Positions 39,619 to 52,280 of a stretch of 64,000 bases of DNA are shown here, one piece after another. The stretch lies in assembly GCF_009914755.1 (NCBI RefSeq), contig NC_060927.1, one strand, 5' to 3'. The notes beneath the pieces are model-generated. The model ran no database searches. It was not told where the DNA came from and was given only the letters and a program-made list of their open reading frames with translations. A program made the translations under genes and the position numbers. Source of the stretch: the human T2T-CHM13v2.0 reference genome, Homo sapiens. Numbering within the stretch: the stretch's first letter is position 1; the number at the start of each line of letters is the position of its first letter.

Positions 39619-41780
39619 GTAAGGACAAAAATGAGATGCACTAACATAAAAACTGGAATTAAATGTTGAGCCATCTGAATGCTGTAGTAAAAGATTCACG
39701 ATTCATTTTGTGAAAGGAATAATGGATATATTCAGAGCAGTTTCGATTACTTGTTAGAACAGATAAACTTATAAATAATGCAGAAAACAAACTGAAATGG
39801 GGAATGTGTTCACCAGAGAATTATTGGGAAGCAGGGCTGACAAATGTGTGATGGAGGTGCTGTTCTAATGGAATTATAGGGAAAGATATTTGAGAGAGAT
39901 TATTTAAAGAGGTATAGATTGATTCCAGGTAATACTTGAAAATGTGTAAATGTATTCAACAAAATATGGATCAACATTTGTATCTTCTTTAATTTTTAAT
40001 ATAGTTTTAATTTCTACAACATCCCCTTGAGATTTTTTTTAATGTATGTGTATTTAAGAGATTTTAAAAATACAACTTTGGTCCAAAAATAACAAAATTA
40101 TTTATAGAAAATCAAGCAAGTTAGTTCAGATCCAGAGCAAGAACATAAGATCCCCCACCTCTCCTAATCCTTTCATATATTTTCACTATCACAACTTCTA
40201 TTTTCTATCAAATATCTTGTTCTTGTTGGGTGAACAAAATAGAAGAGCAATTTATTTATGAATTATTTCAGTATATTCTTAAACCCTACTTGTGAAGTTG
40301 CATAGTTACTAATATCAGAAACTGCTATAATTTTTAATAGTAGGAACATCCAGTAAAACAAAAATTGCTCAAAAGAGAAGTGTTGTATTTTTGTTGAAAC
40401 CTATTTTGTCTTTGTTCTAGTAAATTAGGTGTTTCACTGGGAGCATGGTATATAGCCTGAATTTTCAAAGAGCTCTTGTTTTGCCTATGGAAGAAAAGAT
40501 GACATATATCAAAATGAGCAGTTTGGAAAATGTTATTCTTAAAACAAAGAACCTACTCTAGCTACAGTTTATTATCTTCACTCCAATTCCCAAAAACCAG
40601 CCATAGTCACACAGCTTTAGTACATTAGCCCTGTGGCTGACAATATCTTTTCAGAAATGATGTCTCTACCTTAGTTTTTACAGCATTATTTTACTTACCA
40701 ACTTATATTGATCTTGGTGACTCCAGTCATATGTTCCTATTACCACAATCCCTAAATAATATACTTTCCTCTTAAACCTAGCCTCCAAACAGTAACATTT
40801 CCTCTCTATATTGAAAAAGTCATGCTTTATCTTTAAGGTCTACTGTAAATTTCAAAACTTAAGACTCTCAGAAATCCTATGACCGAAGAGAGTTCCGTGC
40901 AGAAACTAGTCCTTGTGAAGGAAGTAACCGATGATTGTACAGTGATCTGAAAGTTTTATGTTAATAGAAAATAAAATGTGTAAACATATTTCCTGGAGAG
41001 TGCTATTATTTTTTGAGAATACCTTACCTCTTAGTTGCAAAAAAGTCTGGTAACTTTCAGCTTTAGATAAAATTCCCAGGTCTGGGGACATGAGCTCTGT
41101 AAGCCTTTAAAATATTTTTTCATTCTCAGTGAACTCTGTAGATTCCATTTAATAACAATTTACTTAATCGAAATAAGGCTCAATGAATTTACTTCTATAC
41201 ATCATTTGTCTCTTAAAAATATTATTTTCTTACTAATAACTTTAATAACATTTAACAAAAATTATTTAATGTATTTGATTAGAATATTTTTAAAAATTAT
41301 TATTTCTCCAAATGTGAATGCTTTAAACACAGAAAATAATTCATATCATTTGGGAAATGTTATAAACAATTTCAACATAATTTTATTTAAAAGTATTTAA
41401 AGACAATTGAGGTGAAATATTATTTTTGTACCATAAAATGAATAATGCAATGAGCATATAGAGGATAAGTGGTCTAAAGCGGTTCACAAACTGATATCAT
41501 TTTGTAAAGTATTCAAATATAATGTATTTTATGAGTTTTATAACAATGATCTCAAATATTCTTGGTTTCTCCATGTTCAGATATCTCTCTTTAAAATACC
41601 TGATCAATTTTTTAGGGCTGAATATTTATTTATCCAATGAAAAAGATACTTAGAAAACTAACACAGTCTATTTAACTATAAACAAAAATTGAATAATTAA
41701 TAAGATGTACACATAAGAAATTATAAGTATAGTTTTAGTGTCTCAAGATTCTGGTACTAACTTCCACTTTCTTTTCACAG

Positions 41781-41814
41781 GGCAATTAGCAAAGCTCTTT
41801 GCCCCTCATGATAG
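41781..41814 (+). other. Candidate 34-nt exon (unverified)
   Basis: Perfect branch point TACTAAC (41755-41761), polypyrimidine tract, CAG acceptor, donor TAG|GTTAGT. Confidence 0.35.
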
Positions 41815-42060
41815 GTTAGTGTCTTGGCTATCATTTTTATTCAGATTCATTTTTCATGTCCTAATGTGACATAAACATTTCTAAATAAGGGTTTGCCTCT
41901 ACATTTTTCCTAGTACATGTTAACACTCTAATTCCTTCACACATTCTGAAAATATCTGTCACTTATCATATGCAGGCTCTTTTCTGATTGCTAAGAATAC
42001 AATATCAAATAAAATAAAACAAATTTCTATACTCATAGCACTTACATAAGACAACAAATC

Positions 42061-42290
42061 ATGGTGGTTGAGATCATAGATTCTGGAGCCACTTGCCTGT
42101 GTTTAAGTCTCAGACCCTCTACAAATTTTAGATGTGTAACTTTCAGCAAGTTACTTAATATCTTTGTAGCTTAGTAATATCACTTGTAATATGACGATAA
42201 TTGTACAGCCCTCATATGGTTGAATTAGTTATTCTAAATAAAATTCTTAGAACAATGTCTAGTACATGGTAACCCCCATATATATGTTAC
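42061..42290 (+). mobile_element. MIR SINE
   Basis: 'tggttgagatcatagattctggagcca...tgtgtaactttcagcaagttacttaatatct...cttagaacaatgtctagtacatggtaa'. Confidence 0.75.
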
Positions 42291-42792
42291 CTAATTTTAG
42301 GTATTTTTAGGAAAGACAGGCTATAGACAAATAAAAAACACTTGTATCTACTACAAGGAGTCAAAATTGTGGTTACCCTCTCTGATAAAGTGAAGAGGGT
42401 CAACCTGAAGAGTGTTACATGCAGAGGAAATAGTTAATACTAAGGTCTTTGAGGAAAAACAAAGAAGTTGAGAGTGAACAAGAGGAATGGCAGTTGGTAA
42501 GTTCCAAAAGTTAACATTCCCAGCCCCCTTCTCCTTCTTTTATTCCAGAGACTATGATTCAATAGCCACAGATATTACTTACTTTTTGCTCATCAGAACA
42601 AAACCATGAGTCTCTCAAAAGAATACCAGTAAAATCTTTGGCCAATGCAATGGATGACTATACTTATATCTATCACAATGCTTATTTCAGTGACTGGGCT
42701 TTTATCATTGTTGGAGAAAGAATGGAACTCAAAGAATCATGATGACAAAGTCATCTCCATGACTTTGTCTGGAGAAAATCATAATAAACATC

Positions 42793-43155
42793 TGCATTAG
42801 TCCTTTTTCATGCTGCTGATAAAGACACACACGAGACTGGGAATTTAAAAAAGAAAGAGGCTTAATTGGACTTACGATTGGGGAAGCCTCCCAATCATGG
42901 TAGAAGGCAACGAGGAGCAAGTCACGTGTTACATGGATGGCAGCAGGCAAAGAGAGAGAGAATTTGTGCAGGGAAACTCCTCTTTTTAAAACCATCAGAT
43001 CTCATGAGACTCATTCATTATCAAGAGAACAGCAAAGGAAAGATCCTCCCCCATAATTCAATCACCTCCTACCAGGTTCCTCCCATGACACATGGGAATT
43101 GTGGGAGTTACAATTCAAGATGAAATTTGGGTGGGGACAGAGCCAAATCATATCA
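42793..43155 (-). mobile_element. THE1A/B solo LTR
   Basis: THE1 motifs; perfect TSD ACATC (42788-42792, 43156-43160). Confidence 0.93.
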
Positions 43156-43799
43156 ACATCACTGGGTTCAAGCTTTTCAATTGCCTCAAGTGAAAATATC
43201 ACCAGATTGCTTATCTTAGCACATCCAGTCTGCCCTCATACTGTTTAGTGACCTAGGAAATCTATGGTTGATAATTTAAACTATTTTAAGTTTGCTAATG
43301 AATCACATCTGCATAGGGATGTCTTCTGTAAATTTAAATATTTTAAATAAAACTTCTCAAGTATCATCTCACATACTGGTGAAAAATTAATATTACCAAA
43401 AGCACAATTTAAACATATTTAGCATAGTTTTATCATCCACAGAATACAGTACAATCTTTTAGTCAAATTACTCAATCTTTCCACAGTTAAGCCAAGCCAT
43501 TTATATAAATATGTCTGTGACTGTAGTCATTAATTAATTCAAACTGCCTAAAATTGGGCACTGTGTTTTCTGAACCTACCATTTATTGTTTGAAATTGGT
43601 GTCACCATTCACTAAATTATCTTTGTTTAGGACTGCCCCTTCCAAGGCCTGTAGCTTCCATCGTTCACAATGTGCATAGGAAATGTAATTTCCTCCAAGA
43701 ATCTGCCACTGGCTCCTATTTGCCACAAATAACATGTTGTTTATAGATTTTGGTAACCCTCTATATGTACTTCTTATGTGAAACATCTCATAGATAGAA

Positions 43800-43992
43800 A
43801 AGATTGGTTAAAAAAATAGAAACATAGAATTATTTAATTGACTTTGAGTCTGAACTTCTCTTGTATAGCTGTTTGACTTCCATCAAATTATTCAATATTT
43901 AGGAGCTTCATTTTCTTCCCCTGTAAAATGTCTTAATGTTTGATGCTTAACACAGCTACTGGCACATTGCTGGTACTCGAGTAAGTGTTATC
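43800..43992 (+). mobile_element. MIR remnant
   Basis: 'tagctgtttgactt...gagcttcattttcttcccctgtaaaatg...ctggcacat'. Confidence 0.55.
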
Positions 43993-44209
43993 TTTAAAAT
44001 TTGTACATTGTATATTCATATGTATACCTTATAGACACTCTCTCACTTATTTCTGAGCTCCATTAAAGCAAAGAAATAACTTGACATATTATTTTGTACT
44101 CTTAGCATTGCCAAGCTTTAAAACCTCATAAAGAAAAAATACATATATAAAGTATTTTTTGTTGTTTGGAATAATATATCTACAATTGGAATACCTATTT
44201 ATTTTTCAG

Positions 44210-44279
44210 ATATCTTGGCAGACTAATGGAGGAATGTTTTGGGTCATTTGGGCCCTTAAGCATAGATGAAATATCAGAG
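44210..44279 (+). other. Candidate exon (unverified)
   Basis: Acceptor TTTATTTTTCAG, weaker donor GAG|GTTGGG; only one frame is open. Confidence 0.2.
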
Positions 44280-44652
44280 GTTGGGCATGTACCTGTGAAC
44301 TCTGTGAATACAGCACATTTAGCATGATTTATATATCTCTCTCTATATATATATTTTTAATTTGGTAAAGACCCAATAAAATATGTTATTTCTAATGCAT
44401 AGGAAGGAAACTGATAACATAATAGACACGTGCATGTACACATATATCTGTGTGCTTTATTATCATGTAGATCAAATCAGCTACCACAAAAAAGTGACTT
44501 TTATATTTTTATTGAATTATATTTTATTAAAGCTTTAACCAAATGCTAGAAAAATTTCCAAAATTTTAAGTAAACAAAAATAGTAACTGAAGTTCTTTAC
44601 AAGCTATGTTAGCAAAAGAACAAAACCCTCTTCTAGCATGGTGAAAGCCTTT

Positions 44653-45697
44653 TTTTTTTTTTTTTTTTGATTTTTTCTTTTCTTTTTATTATACTTTAAG
44701 TTCTGGGATACATGTGCAGAATGTGCAGGTTTGGAACATAGGTATACACGTGCCATAGTGGTTTGCTGCACCCATCAATCGGTCATCTATATTAGGTATT
44801 TCTCCTAATGTTATCCCTCCCCTAGTTCCCTACCCACCAAAGGGCCCAGTGTGTGATGTTCCCCTCCCCGTGTCCATGTGTTCTCTTTTTTCAACTCCCA
44901 CTTATGAGTGAGAACATGCAGTGTTTGGTTTTCTGTTCCTGTGTTAGCTTGCTGAGAATGATGGTTTCCAGCTTCATCCATGTCCCTGCAAAGGACATGA
45001 GCTCATCCTTTTTTATGGCTGCATAGTATTCCATGGTGTATATGTGCCACATTTTCTTTATCCAGTCTATCACTGATGGGCATTTGGGTTGATTCCAAGT
45101 CTTTGTTGCTGTGAACAGTGTTGCAGTAATCATACATGGATGTGTGTATTTGTAGAATGATTTATAATCCTTTGGGTATATACCCAGTGATGGGATTGCT
45201 GGATCAAATGGTATTTCTGGTTCTAGATCCTTGAGGAATTGCCACACTGTCTTCCACAATGGTTGACCTAATTTACACTCCCACCAACAGTGTAAAAGCC
45301 TTCCTATTTGTCCACATCCTCTCCAGCATCTGTTGTTTCCTGACTTTTTAATGATCGCCATTTTAACTGGCGTGAGATAGTATCTCACTGTGGTTTTGAT
45401 TTGCATTTCTCTAATGACCAGTGATGATGAGCTTTTTTTCATGTTTGTTGGCCACATAAATGTCTTCTTTTGATAAGTGCCTGTTTATATCCTTTGCCTA
45501 CTTTTTGATGGGGTTGTTTGTTTTTTTTTCTTGTAAATTTGTTTAGGTTCTTTGTAGATTCTGGATATTAGCCCTTCGGCAGATGAGTAGATTGCAAAAA
45601 TGTTCTCCCATTCTGTACGTTGTCTGTTCACTCTGATGATAGTTTCTTTTACTGTTTAGAAACTCTTTAGTTTAATTATATCCCATTTGTCAATTTT
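44653..45697 (-). mobile_element. L1PA7/8-like 5'-truncated LINE-1
   Basis: Poly(T), 3'UTR 'ttctgggatacatgtgcagaatgtgcagg', ORF2 C-terminal ORF at 44891-45457; direct repeat GAAAGCCTTT at 44643-44652 and 45795-45804. Confidence 0.93.
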
Positions 45698-45705
45698 TTT
45701 TATTT

Positions 45706-45794
45706 CATATGTAACTAACCTGCACAATGTGCACATGTACCCTAAAACTTAAAGTATAATAATAATAAAAAAAAAGAAAATTAAAAAAAAAAAA
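45706..45794 (+). mobile_element. Very short young L1 3' end (L1PA2/L1HS-like) with poly(A)
   Basis: CATATGTAACTAACCTGCACAATGTGCACATGTACCCTAAAACTTAAAGTATAAT followed by an A-tail. Confidence 0.85.
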
Positions 45795-46694
45795 GAAAGC
45801 CTTTCTTGTAAGGTATAGTTTATCCACATCCAGTGACAAAATAGGCACACTTTCAATAGCCTTTCTTTGCCTTTGGTCTTAACCCAGGTCTGAAAGGAAT
45901 TTAATCTCATTGTCAGAGTTTACTTCAAATGACTTTGCTGTAATAGGTTTAGAATGGCTTAGGATCATCATTTGTTTCCATGATTATCACTTCACCTAAG
46001 CTAGCAATTACAACTCCCGTAACAACATAATGGAACACAATACAATGTATGGGAAATTAGCATTATCTCTGAAATTGAAGTATTAGCAGAAGACAATATA
46101 CATATGTGTATTGTGGAAGGATTTTAGTCCAATGTTCTTGGTAGCATCCACTTTATGTTAATATAATTTATTGTTTGCAACTATTTTCTCGATAAAGCTG
46201 TTCCCTTGGCCATGGCCGCACATATTTGGAAGAAGCAATGCTCCTAGAGGATCATGTTCTATCTTAGTCCTCTATAATAGGTATGAAAATATGGCCTAAA
46301 TTATATGCTCAGGATTTTAAACCACTCAGGCAGACCAAGTGAAAGTAAGATTTTGTAGTTAAAGATAATTTACCACACTGACTCTTTCTTTTACTCCCTA
46401 GTGTAATTTTGTTTTATAAGACTGTGTATATCTTGCAGGCAGATATTAAGTTTATTTAAATTAATGCATGTAGATATCAATAGGCATCTATAGAATGTAA
46501 GACTAGACACTGGAGCAGATGACAGCGGTAAATGAAGGCCAAACCAATACAAAGATAGGTAGCTTAGCACATATTTAAAGCATTTCTTATAGCTACAGAT
46601 TTTTCTTTAAAAACATTAAATAGATTTATTTACACATAAGATTGCAATTGTCTGAATTCCTTGAAAGACCACTTATTAGGTTGACTATTCTTTC

Positions 46695-46797
46695 TTTATT
46701 TCTTTTTTCAGGTTTATTGTGGTATAATTGACAAAAATTGTATATATTAAAGGAATTCAACTTGATGTTTTGATATACAAGTACATTGTGAAATGAT
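46695..46797 (-). mobile_element. L1MA/MB extreme 3' end fragment
   Basis: 'tttattgtggtataattgacaaaaattgtatatatt...tacattgtgaaatgat'; TAGGTTG flanks both sides. Confidence 0.75.
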
Positions 46798-48159
46798 CTA
46801 GGTTGGCCTTTTACAATCCTTTTTATAGAAGTATTTTACCTATACACACACACACACACATACTCTCATATGCACATCATTTAATTAAAATTTAATCATT
46901 TAGCTTATAAAATAGAGGCATCTTTGGGAATTCAATAAGTATGAAACTATAACATCCTGTCTAGTAACTCTTCTGAGAAAGGAACTATGATAGTAAATCA
47001 GGAGATGTTAGTGAATATTAACCCTCAACGAGAAATGTCAGCCCCATTCCAAAAGGCTTCACAGTTGTGCTACAAAATGTTCAAAGCATATATGCCACAT
47101 TCTAAAAAACTTTTAAGATGTTTAAGAGATGGTATAAACATCTATTTATTATCTCCAAATCTATACTCTCTAAATCAGAATTCTTTTCCTTCAGACTAAT
47201 AGGTTATTATTTAATAAATAGGACTTCCAACATTATATAATGAAAATTGATTTTACATTTTATCATAAATTCCATTGTCAATAGATGGCAATAAAATTCT
47301 TTGCAGCGATTTTTCCCTTCTCTTCAGTTACCAGTTCCTGATAAAAATTTCATAAATCAGTGAGGTTATTTATATCTGAAAAGTTCTGTATTTCTACCAT
47401 TATAATTTTTCATGTCAATATAGGCCAGCTATGGGGGAGATATAGCTTGACATTGCTTTATTAATTCTGACACTTTCCAATGGATTGAAGTAGTTTTTAT
47501 CCTGTTTATATATTGAGGCATGTTATTGGCATTCAGATGCCGTTTCTCCATCAACTAATCCACTTCAAAATATTTGCATGAAATCAAATTTGCTTACCAG
47601 TCAGCAACATATAAAATATAATTTACAGACTTGGGTTCACATTAGTAAAGTTTAGATACTTAGAGCATAGAATTATCAGTCAGTCTCATTACCAAGGGAA
47701 GACAGGTAGTGAATTCCACAGGTGCTGTCACTTTGCCTGTCCTGAGTTGATTTATACAGTGTATATTTCAAGTGTTTAAAAATATGTCAAAGTTGGAGTT
47801 TTACTGATAAGGTTGGTAATATTAAGATTTGAAATTTGTCATTTGTACAATTTCATGAAGTGACAGTCTCTTTTTCTCTTATGAAATTTACAAAGTAAAA
47901 TTTAGCCCAATTGCATTTGAACAAATTTGAGGCTACACATACATTATCTAAATAAAGCATATTAAATTACTGCAAATGTTTACATATTAAAACATGTTTG
48001 AATTATGTAGGCAATTTAGGTCATTACAATATCTATCTATATTGTAGTGGGATTTTTATGTAAACAATTGCCTAGGTTGACCATTGTGCTATGGGGAGAC
48101 ATTTAAAAAATGTCCAATAATACCTCATCCTGTGACAATACAGTTCTGAGTTATTTAGA

Positions 48160-48325
48160 CCATTAATTTAACATGCTTCTTAAAACAAAGCTATGAGGTA
48201 GGTACTATAATTATTCTGTTTTAGAGATGAGAGTACTGAGTTACAGAAATTACATAATTTACACAGGCTGACAAAAAAAGTAAGGGAGGACGCCAGGATT
48301 AAAGTGCAAGCATTGTCTAACTTTG
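48160..48325 (-). mobile_element. MIR SINE
   Basis: 'ctatgaggtaggtactataattattctgttttagagatgagagtactgag...ccaggattaaag'. Confidence 0.7.
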
Positions 48326-48954
48326 ATTGTTCACAACACCGCATGACATGGTTCTCAACAGGAACAGAACCTGAGCTGCTCTGAGGGCTGGAGGGGAGAT
48401 GAGATCCTGAAGATGGGGGTTGAGTAATGCTATAATAGTATGTTTCTAATGGGAGAAATGTGTTCTCAGTGGAGAACTAAGGTAAAAAACTTTCTAGCAT
48501 TTCCATGTAAAAGCAAAACTACATCTTACAGGCATTCAGAGAAGCTATACACGGTTTATATGTAACAGAGCTGGCAGTCAAAATTATATGGAACCCATTG
48601 GAATGAAGGAATACTTTATTAGCTATCTAGCTAATAAAATTGTAAGTAATGTGATCTTCAAACAAAAAATAATAAGACTGGATTTTGGGGATTGAATGTT
48701 AGGAAGAGACCAACTATTCATCCCAGCCTATCAGAAAAGAAGGAGAAAGTAAAGCTATCTGTAGATCATGCAAGGAGAAATAAATTATTTGTCCACCAAA
48801 ATACTACTGACTTTTCCTATCCAGGGGAAGATTTTCTTATTTTGTTTGTTTTATTTTATTTTTTTCTTAAGGAAAAGAGTCAAAATTTGCATTGGACTCT
48901 CACATATGATGTTTGTGGTTTGCTGTATTTTTTAGCATAAGTTTAGTAAAATTG

Positions 48955-48991
48955 TAGGGTAATTCTCCAAATTTAGGGTAATTCTCCAAAT
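48955..48991. repeat. Tandem duplication, period 19
   Basis: TAGGGTAATTCTCCAAAT occurs twice (48955-48972, 48974-48991). Confidence 0.9.
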
Positions 48992-51516
48992 GAACTTTGT
49001 TATTCTTAAATAACTCTTCTATGTTTTGTAAAAGACTGTATAAATTAATTGGTCAAGACAAATAAACATTATTAAGCATTTCTTGACTATTACATATAGG
49101 GAGAATTTTGTCTTATACATCTACTAAAGGAAAACAAAAACCTTTGTAATATATACAAGCAATTTTAAAATTTTGGAACAAATTCGGAAAAGATTTCTGA
49201 CCTCAAAGATTCAGGAGCATCATTGATTTTAAAATGGTAAAGTATAAACGTTATTGGATCTATAATTCTTAAGAACAGGTAGCTGAAATTGCGGACTCTG
49301 TCCACGTCGTAGATGTAACCAAGGACATAACATGCATGTAATTTGCATATTCATCAATTTTCTATCACTGCAAATCTCAGAGAAAACTCTCGTTGTCTTA
49401 AAATTGATGAGTTTTGCTTTTGGCAGTTAAAAAAATGCAGAAAGCAGAAGAATGAGGACTCATTTTTGTCTAGTTTCATGTGTAGCCACAGGAACAAAGA
49501 GCAAAATAATCAAAGTATACAATCATTTGTACATAGCAAACAAACATTAGAGCATTGTTGCAATTTTGCGTAGGAAGGAAGAACAACATTTTTGATGCAA
49601 ATTGGAAAAAATTTTAACTTTAGCATTATTGTGGTAGGGAAACATACTGTACAAAATAGTTTTCATTTAATTCTTAGATGTTTTAAAACTACATTTCTAC
49701 CACTACATATGCATATTTTAGTGACTGTTTTTCTCCAATACAGATAAAATCTGTTAATCTGCTTTGTATTATGTTAAGTAATGATTAGATAGTTTTCATA
49801 TATTGATGAGAAAAAAGGTTAAGTTTTTAAATTCTTCTTAGGTGATTATTATTTCCTAGTTTGGACTGAAAATGAAAGTCTCCATTAAGATGCTAACTCA
49901 AAAGATTAATTGTATTTCTCTGAAAGTAACACAGTAAACAGATGCTTGTAATTATAATGCACTCTATGTAGAATCCAAAAAAAACTACAATACAAAAATG
50001 TGCTGAAACTAAGATAAATTAATAATTGCTTTTAATAAATCCAATATATTTATTTACAAATTATTTCTATAGTGAATATCTATTCCCTGAGTGCTTTATT
50101 TTAAGATAATTTTAAAATATATTCATTATTTAGCTTATATGCATATAATATAGAAGTATAGACATACAAGTAAAAACACATGCATACATTCATTCATTTC
50201 TATAATTTCAGCTCCTACTAATTCCTACTTACCTTGCTGTCAGTTCTAGAGACAGCTTGAAACTCAGTTGTTGGGAAGAACTAACAATGATATGCCATAT
50301 TTAAATTATGAACATTAGTAATAAATAGTTTGATTATATTCAAATCAGATATTTTTTGTCTCTTTAAACTTATTAATTTGGATTTAAAAAAAATGTTTAA
50401 TTATCAACCTATCCTAGTTTCAGCATGTCTTTTCAGTGCAGGGCAACATTAGTGTTTAAAATTTATATATGATGGATCATTTAAAAATATATCCACTTGA
50501 TGTTGATATGAATACCAAACTTAACATGAATATATTTTGGCCAGTCTTGCAAATGTAACAAAGTCCTCCAAGCGGAATTAAATGAAAGGATAAAAACTTC
50601 AAATAATTTTATTAGACAGTGTCAAATTGTCACTCAAAAATTTTAAGTCTATTCAGGGGAGCATTATTTGACATGTTTCATGTAACGTAATTTAAACTAG
50701 ATTAAGCAGACATTTTGAGACTTTAATTGATTTATATTAAAGACATAATCTCTAAAATGTAAAAAAAGGAAGTAAAATTTGTGAAAAGCAGAAGAAAAAT
50801 CAAAAGAGACTGAAGTATAAGGAAACAGATTGATAACGTGACCAAGTTACCATTTCAGATCACTAAGAAAATGATGCTTTATTAAACACTTAAAGGACTA
50901 ATTAAACTAAGCAGTAAAATTTTACCCTTGTGTCAAATTCTAGTTGATTCAAATGTATGAATCATAAAACTAAAATATAAAGAATCTAAAAACAGAATGA
51001 GTAAAAACTAAAAAAAATGTTTTATTAATAAAAACGTTTTCACCATGAGCTCTAATGGGAAATTTATCTGATAAAATATAAATACATGAACATATAAATT
51101 TTGAGGGGACCCAAACATTAATACCAAAGCAATACTTTTCTTTAAAAATGTCAAACAGTAGTAATTATGCAAATCGAATGTGTAGTGTATGCCTCGCATA
51201 TCGAATTAAGTGAGATAAGAAAGATATCTCCTCTAATACTGCAGGCTTCCTTATTGAAGGAAATGGATGGGGCTATTGTTGGATATAGTATAGTGAGTTA
51301 AGAACAAATATGGATAAATTAAAAAAAATACAAGAAAGTCAGGTATATCATTTTGCAGGGTCAGAAAATATTTCCAGGTGTGTGTATCATTAAGCCTGAG
51401 TTTACAATGTAATTAGGATTTAATAGTGTAAAATAAGTGAAGAAGATTATTTTAGACTAAAGATACAGCACATGCACAGACCCTGAAAACAAACATTAAC
51501 AAAAATTATAAGTTTA

Positions 51517-51563
<47 letters not shown>
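51517..51563. repeat. (TATC)11 tetranucleotide microsatellite
   Basis: 11 perfect TATC units plus TAT. Confidence 0.97.
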
Positions 51564-51759
51564 TCACTCTTCCATGTATCTATCACGCATCTGTATTTTA
51601 GTTAGGCAATTCTTTGAAATGATACCTAATTATTATCACTCTTTTCTGATATTCCCCTTATAATTCTATCTACATTTTATCAATGAACTTTGCAATCTCA
51701 TTTTCATCTAGACTCTTTAAATTTCCATATACAAGGTAATTTATACTTGGTCCTTTTAT

Positions 51760-52280
51760 TTTATATTTTTATTATTTTATCTTTCTTGGCAATCTCATCT
51801 ATTGTCTTTGACTCTCTTTGCCATACAGGCACTTCTTAAATATCTTTTAGCCAAAATCTTTGTTCTGTTCATCAACCCCCTACCCAAGTATCTAAGAAAT
51901 ATCACAGGTACTTCAAATCAAGTTCACATCACAATAAACTCATCACTCTCTTCCCCTGCCATGGTGCTTTCAGCCTGTTCTTGTCTCAGGAATAGCATCA
52001 CAACTTCAAGCCTGATTGCACACAATTTTCTTGACTCTTTACATTTCCTCACTCACGTAATGAATCAATCATTACTTCTACAGATTTTATTCCTAAAATC
52101 TTTTTCAAATGTTCTTATTGTCTCTATTATCTCCACTATTATTACAGCATTGTCTACTTCTTTTCCTGTTTGGCCCCACTTCTGCCATTCTTCATGTACC
52201 ACCAGAGGAATCTACAGCCGGATATAAATCGCATACTATTACTCTCTGCGGAAAAACCTTTAATGACCACCAAATTACAT
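51760..52280 (+). mobile_element. L2 remnant
   Basis: Decayed L2-like motifs 'ggcaatctcatcta', 'tgtctcaggaatagcatcac', 'ccagaggaatct...ataaatc...aaaacctttaatg'. Confidence 0.45.

Noticed and set aside
48955-48991. CRISPR-like direct repeat
   Set aside because: Only two copies with a 1-nt spacer, in primate DNA with no cas genes
51802-52227. 141-aa ORF
   Set aside because: Non-ATG start, overlaps a decayed L2 remnant, no recognisable homology
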